From Eledone cirrhosa (lineage: Eukaryota): 64,000 nucleotides of DNA. Location: NCBI GenBank assembly GCA_964016885.1, contig OZ024741.1, positions 372,682,001 to 372,746,000 of the forward strand, written 5' to 3'. The position numbers and the translations under genes are program-made. The notes under the pieces were generated by a model that was not told the DNA's origin, did no database searches, and saw nothing but the letters and a program-made list of their open reading frames with translations. Every line of letters begins with the position of its first letter. The stretch's first letter is position 1. Shown here one piece after another: positions 51,551 to 64,000 of the stretch.

Positions 51551-53960
51551 ATCATCATCATCATCATCATCATCAACGTTTAACGTCCGTGTTCCACGCT
51601 TGCATGGGTTTGGACGGGGGTAGTCCCACTTGAGGCAAGAGTGATTGTCTTGCTCGCATAGGACTGCCTGGCAGGTTTTCTACAGTTGGATGCCCTTCCT
51701 AACACCAACCACATTTACAGTGTGGGTCTGGGAGGTTTTTACCGTGTTGCCTACACGGCCACATTACAGCGTGGACTGTGTGTTTTTTTTGTCGTGACAC
51801 CTACACGATCTCATTTGTTTCGGCCTCGATGGCGCGGCACCAACATAACTTTACATAGAACGGGGTGGTGTGGATGGGGTGGGGGTGGTGGTGGTGGGAC
51901 GGGGTGTATTTTGTTAGAGATGCCTACTGGCTGGAGTAGGTTTTACTATATATTTAGGTAAGGCGGGTCTTCTCTGTTACTGAGTACCGCCAAAGGTCTC
52001 GGTCCAGTGACATTGTCTTGGAGAGGTGTAAGTGTGTGATGTCGGAGTTTATCAGCTCGTCCCAGGTTTTTCTAGGTCTGCCTATTCCGTGACTACCGTC
52101 TATCTTTATTGCCCTGCACTTTGTTATACAGCTATCGACTTTCATGCGCATCACGTGTCCATACCAACGTAGCCTTCTCTCGAGTAAACAACATCTGATC
52201 CCTCTTATCTCTAATTTTTTCCTTAGTTCGTTTATGCTTTGCCGTTCACGTATATTACTGTTACACATCCAGCGGAGCATGCAAGCTTCGTTCCTCTCTA
52301 GTCTGCGTATATCCTCTGCACACAATGCCCAGGTCTCACTGCCATGCAGCATTGCTGTTCGTATGCAGGCATCGTACAACCTGCCTTTCATTTTTAGTGA
52401 GAACCCTTTAGCAGCTAATAGTGGTATAAGCTCTCTGAACTTTTTCCAACCAGTTCTGACTCTAGCTACAGTACTTTCAGAGCACCCTCCCCCACTGCTG
52501 ATTTTATCGCCCAGGTAACGGAAGCTGTCCACTATTTCTATAGAACCCTCTGCGCAATTGAAAGAGCTAGTAGTTTGTGGGCACTTGCTGCTACTTATTG
52601 CACCAGAGCACCGGCCACATGTAAAATCTATGTTCTTAGTTAGCTTACCTGTGATCCCACTACATCTTTTATGCACCCATACTTTGCATTTAGGACATAA
52701 AATGGAGTTTCTACCTACGCCTTTCCTACACACCGAGCACGACCATTTCCCAGAAGGGACCGCCGCCTTGTTTTCTTTCCTACAAACTAGTACTTTGGTC
52801 TTAGCCAGGTTAATTTTAAGTCCTTTTGACTCTAGGCCGTGCTTCCATGTTTGGAATTTCTTCTCTAGCTCGGCCATTGATTCCGCTATGAGTGTCAGGT
52901 CGTCTGCGTATAGGAGTTCCCATGGGCAGCCTGTCTTGAACTCCTCTGTTATAGCCTGAAGGGCAATAATAAATAGTAGTGGGCTGAGAACAGAGCCCTG
53001 ATGGACGCCAACTTTTACGCTAAACTCTTCACTATATTCGTTGTTAATTCTAACCTTGCTGACTGTTTCTTTATACATGGCTTGTATAGCCCTCACAAGC
53101 CATTCGTCAACGCCTAGTTTTCTAAGAGCCCACCAGATAATGGAGCGGGGGACTCTGTCGAAGGCTTTCTCCAAGTCGACAAAAGCTAAGTAGAGGGGTT
53201 TACCTTTAGCTAGGTACTTCTCCTGTAGTTGTCGTACTATGAAAAGAGCGTCTGTGGTACTTTTGCCTGACACAAACCCGAACTGCATTTCATCTAGGTC
53301 TCTCTCTGATTAGTTGCGCTATTACTTTTTCCGTGACCTTCATGACCTGGTCGATTAATTTAATGCCTCTATAGTTACTCCTATCTAGGGCGTCTCCTTT
53401 ACCCTTATAACAGTTAACGATGATGCTGCTATGCCAGTCCTTCGGAACAACCCCATTCTGTACGACTTGGTTAACTATGCGGGTGACCATGGTGTGTCCC
53501 ACCGTGCCAGATGCCTTCAGCATCTCAGCAACTATTTCCAAAGGCCCAGCCGCCTTACCCGTCTTCATATCCTTGATTGCCTTACTTATTATACTCCCCT
53601 CGACTAACACTGCTGGTCCCTCTATTGGGTCGATATGGGGGAGACTGTCTTTCTCCCATTTATTCTCCTCATTTAGTAGCCTTTCATAGTGACACTTCCA
53701 AGCTACCTTCTTATCAGCGTCGGTGATGGCAAGTGTGCCATCGTCGTTTAGTACACACTTCTCCCCGACAATATCACGGTTTTCCTTGACGCATTGCCTA
53801 GCAATCCCGAACACCTCACGTTTTTGGTCATCGCGTTGTAGAACATGCTTGAACTTTCTTTCCTCAGCTTCCCTTCTTGCTAAGTACACTTGTCTCCTAG
53901 CTTCCCTCCTGGCCACTTGATAGTCCTCTCTACTTCCCCCATCCCGCCATACTTTCCAAA
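51551..53960 (-). mobile_element. RTE family B, 5'-truncated
   Basis: ORFs 53290-~53960 and 51954-53288 ([30 protein letters not shown]), 3' UTR and (CAT)n tail. Confidence 0.95.
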
Positions 53961-53998
53961 TGTATGTATATATGTATATATATATGTATGTATATATG

Positions 53999-54029
<31 letters not shown>

Positions 54030-54324
54030 GTATATATATATGTATATATATATATGTATATATATATATATGTATATATATATGTATGTATATATATATA
54101 TGTATATATATATGCATATATATTTAAATTTATATATAAACATGTAGAGCAAATATTTATTATTAGTACATATTAAAGTTTAAGCAAAGAATCCCTAATT
54201 AATATTGTTATATTAATCACTTAGGGAGGTACTTCAAATTATTCTGTGCTTAAACTTTAATCTGAACTAATTATATATATATATATATTGCTAATACTAT
54301 CTATCGGTCGCAACTCCAGGTAGA

Positions 54325-54446
54325 AGGAGCAACGTGAAATAAAGTGTCTTGCTCAAGGACATAACGCATCGCCTGGTCTGGGTATCGAACTCACAACCTC
54401 ACGATTGTGAATCCAATTCTCTAACCACTCAGCCATACGCCTTCAC
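54325..54446 (-). mobile_element. tRNA-head SINE 5' part
   Basis: On -: GGCGTATGGCTGAGTGGTTAGAG A-box, GAGTTCGATACC B-box, GTCCTTGAGCAAGACACTTTATTTCAC. Confidence 0.75.
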
Positions 54447-54815
54447 AAATATGATAAATATAACACTTAATAATGAGTCAAGATAAAATATTTTACGCTT
54501 TTATTATCATTCTACAAAATGTGTGTAGCTAGAAAAAGCAAAAAATTCGATAAACTTTGGTCTGAAACTGTTCATAAATATTTTGAATTTCATATCTATA
54601 GGTTAACTGTAGCAATTAATACCTTTTTATAAAAATTTTAAACCAAAATATGCTTACAGAAAAGTATATTTTTTAAAATTTTATTTTCAGTGTTTTTAAT
54701 TATCTGTTACATATGATGAAAAGAAAAAGTAAAACTTAAAAAAAAAAAAAAAATACAAAAACCAAAAAAAAAAAAACCATAAAACAAAAACAAAAAAACA
54801 ACAACAACAGCAACA

Positions 54816-54865
<50 letters not shown>

Positions 54866-56821
54866 GATGGTCAGCAAAATGAAAAAGCAAAGAATTGCAA
54901 TGGAGAATTGTTAGGAATGTCATTTATTTATTTTTTTTATTGTTGAAGTAACTGAAATATTTTCCCACTCCCACATGTATGACCATGTATTGTTCCTATT
55001 GTTTGGGGAGTGCAAATGTTCATCATTTTCCAACAAAAAAGACTAAAATTTTTAAGAACGATTTTTTTGGGATGCACCTCCAGCAATACACCACTGTGTA
55101 TGACTATGAGTGGGAGTGCATGCATATACAGGCAACACAGACACATACAGACGTATAAACAAGCTTGTTATGTATGCATACATACACACATACATACATA
55201 GTTACATACATACACATATTATTTAGGCAAACAGACCAGCCAAAATAATGAAATAATATATTCTACTATAGTATTGAATACAATTTTTCTCATTCATTAA
55301 AACCAACATATATTTATGTGCATATATATATGGGTATATATTAAGAGGTGCACTGGCAGCTGAAGTGTATGATAAAATTATATCTGTAAGTGGGTAACCA
55401 TGACTTGCACCAATATGTTTATAATCATACACATTTTTAATATATGCCTATATATATATAGTGCAATCTTGGTTACCCACTCTGTATGTATACATATATA
55501 ACATACACACACACACACATATATGTATATATATATTACCGTGTATATCTGATTTTAAGTCGGTATCCCCATAACCTTTTATGTCATAAGAGGTATCTAA
55601 AATCATTGCCACCAGAAGGTCCAGTTATAAGCCATTGCATAAAAAAGAAGCCTATTATGGGGTCCACAAGGCTAACCCCTGCTTTAGCAGGGAAAATGGT
55701 TTTAAAACCCTTGTATATATACACATTTATGTGTATGTGTGAGTGTGCATGTATGTGTGTAAATACATGCTTGAATTAGAAGCCTATTAATTAGTTTAAC
55801 AATGAATCATACATTCTAACTGACTATCAATTAATTAGAAAGTATATATAAATATCCCTAATGTAAATTATTGAGGGGATATAGGTGAGTTTTAATTAAG
55901 CCCCATAACTCTAGAAAATAACCCTAACTTTTAACACTTATATAATTATATTAAGATCATATTTTGAATGAGTTGAATGCAGACGTGTTTCAATTACTTT
56001 TAATATAATCAAGATTTTGGAAAGGTTTTAGCAAAATATCTAACTACATGTATTGATACATATGTTGATCTTGTTAACATTCACATTATAATGAGATTTT
56101 GAATGAGATGTTAATTTGAATAAGAACACTTTAGTTGGGGGAGTCTTATGTGGGTTATTATTAAAAAGGGTTAAAGAGTAAAGGTATTTTCTCTCTTATA
56201 GTATTTAGTGCATATTTCACTGAACATCTATTTTCATTTTTATCACAACAGATGCCTAAAACTCACTTTACCCCTCCTCAAGATGTACATTGGGAATAGT
56301 TAAATATTTCTTTTTACGCCTCTGATGAAACACAATATATATAACATGATATATGATAAATACGACTCTGCTATACTATAAATACGACTCTGTTATACCA
56401 TCGATAAATGTTTATTGTTATTTTTATACTTATAAATCTACAACCCAACATTAAACATCAATACATACGCAAATACACACATACATATATATATATATAT
56501 AATGGAATGAACAAATGAGTCATGATCGCCCAATCAGTTTAGGAATACAGGAACTCCAAATAAAAACTAACATAGACCATGATAACTAATCCAACCCATA
56601 CCAGCATGCAAAGTGAACTTAAACACGATGATTATGTTATAGTTGATATTAAAAAAAAACTTTTCCTTTGAAGAGGCCACCATATATGAACAAATCCAAA
56701 GATGTACAAGTTAGTGCCAGGACTATGAAGTTATTTGTGAGGCCACATGGGTTCTATCATCTGCACATCACAAATCCATCTTTAGAAGAAAAAGCTTTTT
56801 AAGGTGAAATTGTAAACAAAC

Positions 56822-57064
56822 TTAAACCCTTTCTTGACTATATTTTAAAAGAAATATGCTATATTTTGATTAATTAATAAAGAATTTGGAGGGATTTGCA
56901 TAAATTATTACTTATTTCATTAAGATGGTATTAATAACATAACAAATGATTCGAATGTAAAATTATTTTGGAAAATTTAAATTTCAATACCGATCCATTA
57001 AATGAGCAGTTTTATTTCAAATAGCCAGAGCCAGTTTCAGTCGAGTTGGTATCAAAAGGGTTCA
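56822..57064. mobile_element. piggyBac-type MITE
   Basis: TAAA-CCCTTTC ... TTGGTATCAAAAGGG-TTCA; same family as 9271-9506. Confidence 0.6.
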
Positions 57065-57209
57065 AGTTGTGTTGAGATGTGAGATGGGGATTTGGGGCAC
57101 CGGGTTTCATGTCATGGTAAGGATGAAGTAGTGAAATGATGGAGGAGTTGGGAAGTAAGGGAGATAAATCTATATAATAAATAAATAAAATTAGCTTATA
57201 GAAATGATG

Positions 57210-57616
57210 TTAACCCTTTCATTACCATATTTCTAATGAAAGACTCTGCCTATGATTTTCAAATAATTTTGAAACTAATCAAGAACTTAAAGCTATTTAG
57301 TAATATACCTGAACTTTATTATGATGAAACTCGCGTTTGGAACATAATTTAACAAAGATTCTTTCATAAAATTAGGACAGGTTTTTGAATAAATATTAAC
57401 ATTTTAAAATAAACAGTTTTGTGTGAATGAACTAGGAGAATTGATAGTCAAATATTTTAGGGCAGGATTAAGACTTTAGAGACATAAATACTGAAAAGAT
57501 AATGGTATCTCCTTATACAGTATATTGAATGAAAATCCCATACTGGAAAAATAACCTTTATAGGGGCATTCATTACCACAGACCCTAAGCATATGCTTGT
57601 TTTACTAAAGGGTTAA
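57210..57616. mobile_element. piggyBac-type MITE
   Basis: TTAA-CCCTTTCATTA ... TACTAAAGGG-TTAA. Confidence 0.65.
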
Positions 57617-57958
57617 TTGAGGACTGGTGTTATCTTAAAATTCTGACTGGATATAGGTAGGTTGTGAGGCTGCAAAGTGAGTATTTAACAGGTAACCAGG
57701 AGATGAGGCATGGTATGTAAGTGCTGAATGAAAATGATGGAAAATAGAAATTGAATTTGTTATAAAATGGGAGGGCTTCTGAGAGTTTGATGTAGATTTG
57801 TTTAGTTTGATGGTGGTTTAAATTTCCAGCATTTTAGTAAATACTCATGAAAGTAGCAAGGTTTTCTAAAGATATTGAAGAAGTCAGATCTAGTGAACTC
57901 TGCAAAATATATATATATACAAATATATATATATATACATATATAAATATATAAATAT

Positions 57959-57991
<33 letters not shown>

Positions 57992-58043
57992 AATATATAT
58001 ATAAATATATATATATATATGTATATATAAATATATATATATA

Positions 58044-58377
58044 TCATCATCATCATCATCATCATCATTTTACGTCCGCTTTTCCCTGCTTGCAAGGGTG
58101 GGACGGGTCTTATTCAGCACAGCATCTCTCCACTCGTCACGGTCCCTCGTCATCTCCACCGTGAGCTTCAATGATCTGAGGTCTGTTCTCACCACCTCCG
58201 CCCATGTTTTTCGTGGTCTACCTCTACCACGTCTTCCTTCAACTGGCATTTCCTGGCACTTCTTCACCCATCGGTCATCCTCCATGCGCATCACATGTCC
58301 ATACCACCTCAGTCTCCTCTCCCATACACTACATTCTATCCCTCTCAGACACAGTTTCTCTCTCAACACATTTATGC
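58044..58377 (-). mobile_element. RTE family A 3' end
   Basis: [25 protein letters not shown]; (CAT)n tail. Confidence 0.9.
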
Positions 58378-58417
58378 ATATATATATATATAAATATATA
58401 TATATATATTTATATAC

Positions 58418-58474
<57 letters not shown>

Positions 58475-58475
58475 C

Positions 58476-58517
<42 letters not shown>

Positions 58518-58610
58518 AAATATATATAATATACAAATATATATATATACAAATATATATATATATACAAATATATATATATATACAGCTATATATATAT
58601 ATATACAAAT

Positions 58611-58687
<77 letters not shown>

Positions 58688-58702
58688 AATATATATATAT
58701 AA

Positions 58703-58733
<31 letters not shown>

Positions 58734-58768
58734 AATATATATATATAAATATATACATATATATATAC

Positions 58769-58811
<43 letters not shown>

Positions 58812-58843
58812 TATACATATATATATACATATAAATATATATA

Positions 58844-59012
58844 TGTAAATGTGGTTGGTGTTAGGAAGGGCATCCAACTGTAGAAAACCTGCCAGACAGT
58901 CCTATGCAAGCAAGACAATCACTCTTGCCTCAAGTGGGACTACCCCCGTCCAAACCCATGCAAGCATGGAACACGGACGTTAAACGTTGATGATGATGAT
59001 GATGATGATGAT
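58844..59012 (+). mobile_element. RTE family B 3' UTR fragment
   Basis: Matches 59515-59680; (GAT)n tail. Confidence 0.85.
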
Positions 59013-59014
59013 AT

Positions 59015-59051
<37 letters not shown>

Positions 59052-59114
59052 AATATATATATATATATTTATATATATATATATAAATATATAAATATAT
59101 ACATCTATATATAC

Positions 59115-59153
<39 letters not shown>

Positions 59154-59249
59154 TATATACATACAAATATATATCTATATATATAGTCTAACCCATGCTA
59201 GCGTGGAAGATAGACGTTAAATGACGATGATGATGATATGTATATATGT

Positions 59250-59680
59250 ACAATGTCACTGGACCGTGACCTTTGGCGGTACTCAGTAACAGAGAAGACC
59301 CGCCTTGCCAGTAGGCATCTCTAACAAAATACACCCCTCCCGCCGCCACCCCCACCCCATCCACACCACCCCGTTCTATGTAAAGTTATGTTGGTGCCGC
59401 GCCATCCAGGCCGAAACAAATGAGATCGTGTAGGTGTCACGACAAAAAAACACACAGTCCACGCTGTAATGTGGCCGTGTAGGCAACACGGTAAAAACCT
59501 CCCAGACCCACACTGTAAATGTGGTTGGTGTTAGGAAGGGCATCCAACTGTAGAAAACCTGCCAGACAGTCCTATGCGAGCAAGACAAATCACTCTTGCC
59601 TCAAGTGGGACTACCCCCGTCCAAACCCATGCAAGCGTGGAACACGGACGTTAAACGTTGATGATGATGATGATGATGAT
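59250..59680 (+). mobile_element. RTE family B 3' end
   Basis: Reverse complement of ~51551-52015 with a small deletion. Confidence 0.88.
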
Positions 59681-59800
59681 GTATATATGTACATATATGT
59701 ACATATATGCACATATGTACATATATGTACATATATATACATATATGTACATATATGTATATATGTATGTATGTATGGATGGAGATATATATATATATAT

Positions 59801-59801
<1 letters not shown>

Positions 59802-59835
<34 letters not shown>

Positions 59836-59909
59836 TTTACGTCCGCTTTTCCCTGCTTGCAAGGGTGGGACGGGTCTTATTCAGCACAGCATCTCTCCAC
59901 TCGTCACGG
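59802..59909 (-). mobile_element. RTE family A extreme 3' end
   Basis: [23 protein letters not shown] plus (CAT)n. Confidence 0.85.
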
Positions 59910-61039
59910 TATGTATATATAGGACAAAGACAATGGAAAAAAGACAATAGAAAGATGAACAGTCCTATCTCCTCAGTCAACCACTGGAAATCACTATGAT
60001 TTTGGTGCATTAAGGTCGATATCATTAATTCCAGTGCACATTGGGACACAACAAAACATATATATACTTATACATATATTTATACACAGAACAAGAAACC
60101 TCTATAATAGGTTTCAAGGTCTAGTTATAGAAATCACTAGGTTCCATCTTTGTTTGCCCCTCCACACATCATTCTGCACAACCTGGAGGGATGGCCATAA
60201 CTAGACCTTCACACCTAAGGTTGTGCTTTTTTATTCTGTGTATGAACATAAATAAATAGATCCTTCTTACTTTTCCAGTGATATGCTGAGAAAGACCCAT
60301 CCAACCCATGCAAACCTTGAAAAGTGGACGTAAAAATGATGAAGATGATATATATATAAGTATATACTTTGTTTTAAACACGTTATTCAAAACATAACTA
60401 AGAATACATATATGGTTCTAAACAAAATATACATTGAAATGAAAAATATTTAAAAACCTGAACACAGACATTTTTTTCCAAAATCCTGTAGCCATGCATG
60501 CAGCAATACTATATATGATGTATGATATATATATATAATGTATGAAAGAAACAAAGTGACTGAATTTTATATACTTATAGTTAAATATAACCTCACACAA
60601 ACCTCATAGGATATGGTAAGCTTTTAGCAGAATCAATTGCTATATGAACTCTAGTCATGACCATTTCCCTTATGGATATATTTCTTTGCTAATTGTAATC
60701 AAAGCTCATAAGGTTTTAAAATTTGTTTGTATTATGTCACTGATTGATAAAACAGGAAGTCTTTTTCAGCATTAGAACTTTGACTGATCTGGATTTCAAT
60801 ACACTATGTAATACTTTCAATTTTGCTATTGCATTAAACATATATTTTCATTTCTGATTTTATCATTTATCATTACTTTTTTAAAGTAATTCTGTTTCAA
60901 ATCTAAAGAAATTGCAGAACCTTGAAACAAGATAGAAGCAATGTGAATTCAGATTTATATCTATTTGGAGCTTGTAAGTTGGGTATAAGTCTCACATAAT
61001 GTAAGTATTTGTTGTTCAGTAATGTATTTTGATAGACAC

Positions 61040-61390
61040 CGAATTGGCAGAGTCATTAACACGTCAGCTAGAATGCTTTATAGTATTCATTTCGGATCTC
61101 TGTTCTCTGAGTTCAAATCCCATCGAGGTCAACTTTGTCTTTTATTCATTTGAGGTCAATAAAAATAGTATCAGTCTAGTACTGGGGTTGATTCTTCCTC
61201 ACTTCCATTCTTTCAATCTCTCACTTACTCTGTCCTTCTCTGGGAGAAATCTGCTATATTCAGACCTGGAAAGGATTAGGCTCCACCAGGTTTTAAAATG
61301 CCTTAGGAACACTGTATGTCAATATGACACCCCTACAACTCCCTCAGGAGTTATGGAACCATGCATGCCATGTCTTTTAGGAGTGACATA
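61040..61390 (+). mobile_element. SINE with extended 3' part
   Basis: Homologous to 8899-9250. Confidence 0.65.
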
Positions 61391-64000
61391 AATCATATTT
61401 AAAAGCAGCTTCATTGGAATCTAGTTCTTACCAAATTTTGAGAACATTTTCTTTGACCCTGTGAAGAATTCAATGACTACATTTTTATAGATAAACCTTT
61501 AATATTCATATCTGTCTTTCATTAGTACATAAAAAATGGTAGCTGGCCATAATTTCTTTTATCCAAAGGTAATTATGTGAAGCTAAGAAATGAAACTCAT
61601 ATGATCTATTGGTGATAGCATATTCTACTAAAATAGTCAGAAAGGAAAAGCATCATATATGTAATTTAGTGGCGTACATTTTAGAGCTGTCTTGGAAGTG
61701 TAACATATACATGTTAGTTAAAAAGTTAAAATCTCCCTTGAACTTAGAAGCTCAACAACGCAGAGCTTATTCTGGTTTCATTGGTGTTAAGTAATTATCA
61801 GTTCATCACAGAGTAAACTCCCAGCTGTTGATGGTACTTTTTTTTTTCAGCTTTGTGTACAGGAGCAATGTGAAATAAAGTATTTTGCTCAAGGACACAA
61901 TGCCCCATGTGTACAGCACCACAGTCCTTTAGGACATACACCTTCACCAAAAAGATATTGGTCTTTGTTGATTATTATTAACAAGAGAATGTCAACATTT
62001 TATTATATTACCAAGTGGCATAAAGAAAAATTTTTTTTTAATGCAGTTTTAAACCAATTCGTCAATAATACTATTTCAATTATCAGAATGATACTCAGCA
62101 ATGATCAGTTCAAATTAAAGTTATATCCGACATGAAATATAATGGGTTTAAGTTAGACATTTTAAATTTACTGTTTCACTGTTTTACACATATTTCCTAA
62201 GTTAACATAGATGCAATGTTTTTCACAACTTGGACATTTGCATATTATTGAAGCAACCTTTGGAGTAGAACCAGTAACGAGATATGCTGATATGCACTTG
62301 TCCAGAGGTATAACACCAATGATATTAAAGTTTGAACTCTTGACTATGTGGTCAGTATTCCAGCATTTGTTATGTCTTGTTATTTTATAATATAGAGGAT
62401 AAACCTATAAATTATATAGACATCATTGAATATTTACATTTATTTAATATATTTCTGCCAGGAGGTGCAACTGTTAGATAGTATCAGCAATGGAAACATT
62501 GTTTCCTGGATCTGGTTTGACGAATCCAACCCACTCGGTAAGCAAATGAGGTCTGGGAACTTGTGTATTGATTTGATCGATTGATTGAATATTATTCTAA
62601 AAGTCAGCAAAGATCAACAGAAAGCTGAATGTGTTCGATCAAAGGTGCTTCAGAAAAAAATTATGATGGTCACCTTACAAGATTGGATTACAAATGAAAA
62701 GATCCCGAAGAAAGCAAATTCGTAACTGCTGCAAGAGATAATTACAGAGCTATGGTTCTGCCTGGCTGGACTGGCCACATTTTTTATCTACCTAATCACC
62801 GGTACTTGAAGACAGTGATGATTTGAACTTCTGAAGGCAAAATGAAAAGGGGCTGACAGAAGATTATTTGGCAGCAGACATTTTAGAATGGTCTAGAAGC
62901 CATCAACATTACCTGGGACAGATGCAAAAACAGCAGCAGTGAATCATGGGTGTAGGAGAAAGTTTGTAGTCTAATGCACTACCTAGTACACGAGGGCCTA
63001 AGTAATGTTATTCTGATTATTATTCTGACAAATCAAAGTGATTTCATTGGTTTAAAACTGCATTTTCTTCTAACCCATTTGAGTATTCAGAAAAGACGCA
63101 TTGATTTTAAACAAGAATTTTTATTACAAACAGAAATTTTGTGTATATGTATGTGTGTTCCTGAATATAACAGACATGTTAACAAATAAAAAATTGTGAA
63201 GAAATGTTTAACACTAATACATTTTTTTTATTTATCATATATATTTTTATTTATTTAGTATATATATATATATATAGATCAAATGAATGTTTAATATTAC
63301 TTCAACAGCAACCTCCACATATAGTAAGTAGCCTTATATATAGATGTAAACTCCTTATATATTTATTATTTACTACCAATAAAACACATACATATCTACA
63401 TACATGGACACACACACACACACACACAAATAAAATTTGAATGCCGATGATTACTAAATGTTAAATGTTTTAAAAAAAAATTGTGTTTGACTCGCTTAGA
63501 TTATTCTTTGCTTTTCAATTTAACTGGCATTAATAAAAATAGAATGGTAATAATGTAAAGATAAATTTTTACATATAGTAAAATAAGATAAATAAATTAT
63601 AGGCTCTATCTGGGGATGTTTTATGAATCAGCCTAAGTATAAGTATTGAAGTGATTAAGGACATAAAATCTCTGATTCAGAGGAAAATAATAGCTACAGA
63701 ATCCTTGCTGTTTAACAAGGAGTGAATTATAACAGCTGCCTTTATATGGATCAACAGTATACTTTCAAATTTGCCATTAATCTATTTGAAAGTATAGAAT
63801 TGAATTCAGAATAAATATTTAATAAATAGTGGGGGGTTTTTTGTTGTATTTGAGGCAGTTTAGTTTATTTTTCTGTAGTTGAACAAACATAAAGGTTAAA
63901 AATTATCTACAAATGTTGAAAACATTGAGCTAAAGAATTGTTTACAAATGTCAACAACATAAAGCTAAGAAATTGTTTATAAATGTCAACAACATAAAGG

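Noticed and set aside
56320-56335. CTCTGATGAAACAC resembling a hammerhead core, next to a weak inverted repeat (55850-55895 / 56257-56307)
   Set aside because: No stem II between CUGAUGA and GAAAC; chance match or deleted remnant.
60400-64000. Possible exons at the right end
   Set aside because: No ORF with recognisable motifs or a phase-consistent splice chain; small exons cannot be excluded.

Overview
AT-rich eukaryotic genomic DNA, most likely a coleoid cephalopod such as Octopus (inferred from the (TA)n density, tRNA-derived Nin/Deu-type SINEs and RTE LINEs with (GAT)n tails). The only host gene I can support is the 3' end of a + strand gene: three phase-compatible exons (870-972, 11766-11878, 13136-13292) encoding an RRM and a C-terminal CCCH zinc finger (TTC31-like architecture). 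The rest is repeats: at least four RTE-clade LINE families, SINEs, TTAA/CCCTTT piggyBac-type MITEs, a decayed hAT transposon with TIRs and an 8-bp TSD, two Penelope-like elements (PLEs), a 38-bp minisatellite, and many fold-back inserts in (TA)n tracts. Main finding: a 310-bp non-coding tandem array (39441-41425) in which every unit carries a minimal type I hammerhead ribozyme with a palindromic stem III. It has seven copies, five on - and two on + across a near-perfect fold-back junction, which fits a young non-LTR retrozyme that could yield ~310-nt circular RNAs. About ten other unrelated short families also carry intact or degenerate hammerhead cores, three of them with a CCGANGA variant, usually as divergent inverted pairs anchored in (TA)n. 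All motifs were read by eye; no folding, alignment or database search was run. The many I/Y-rich ORFs in the track are microsatellite artefacts.
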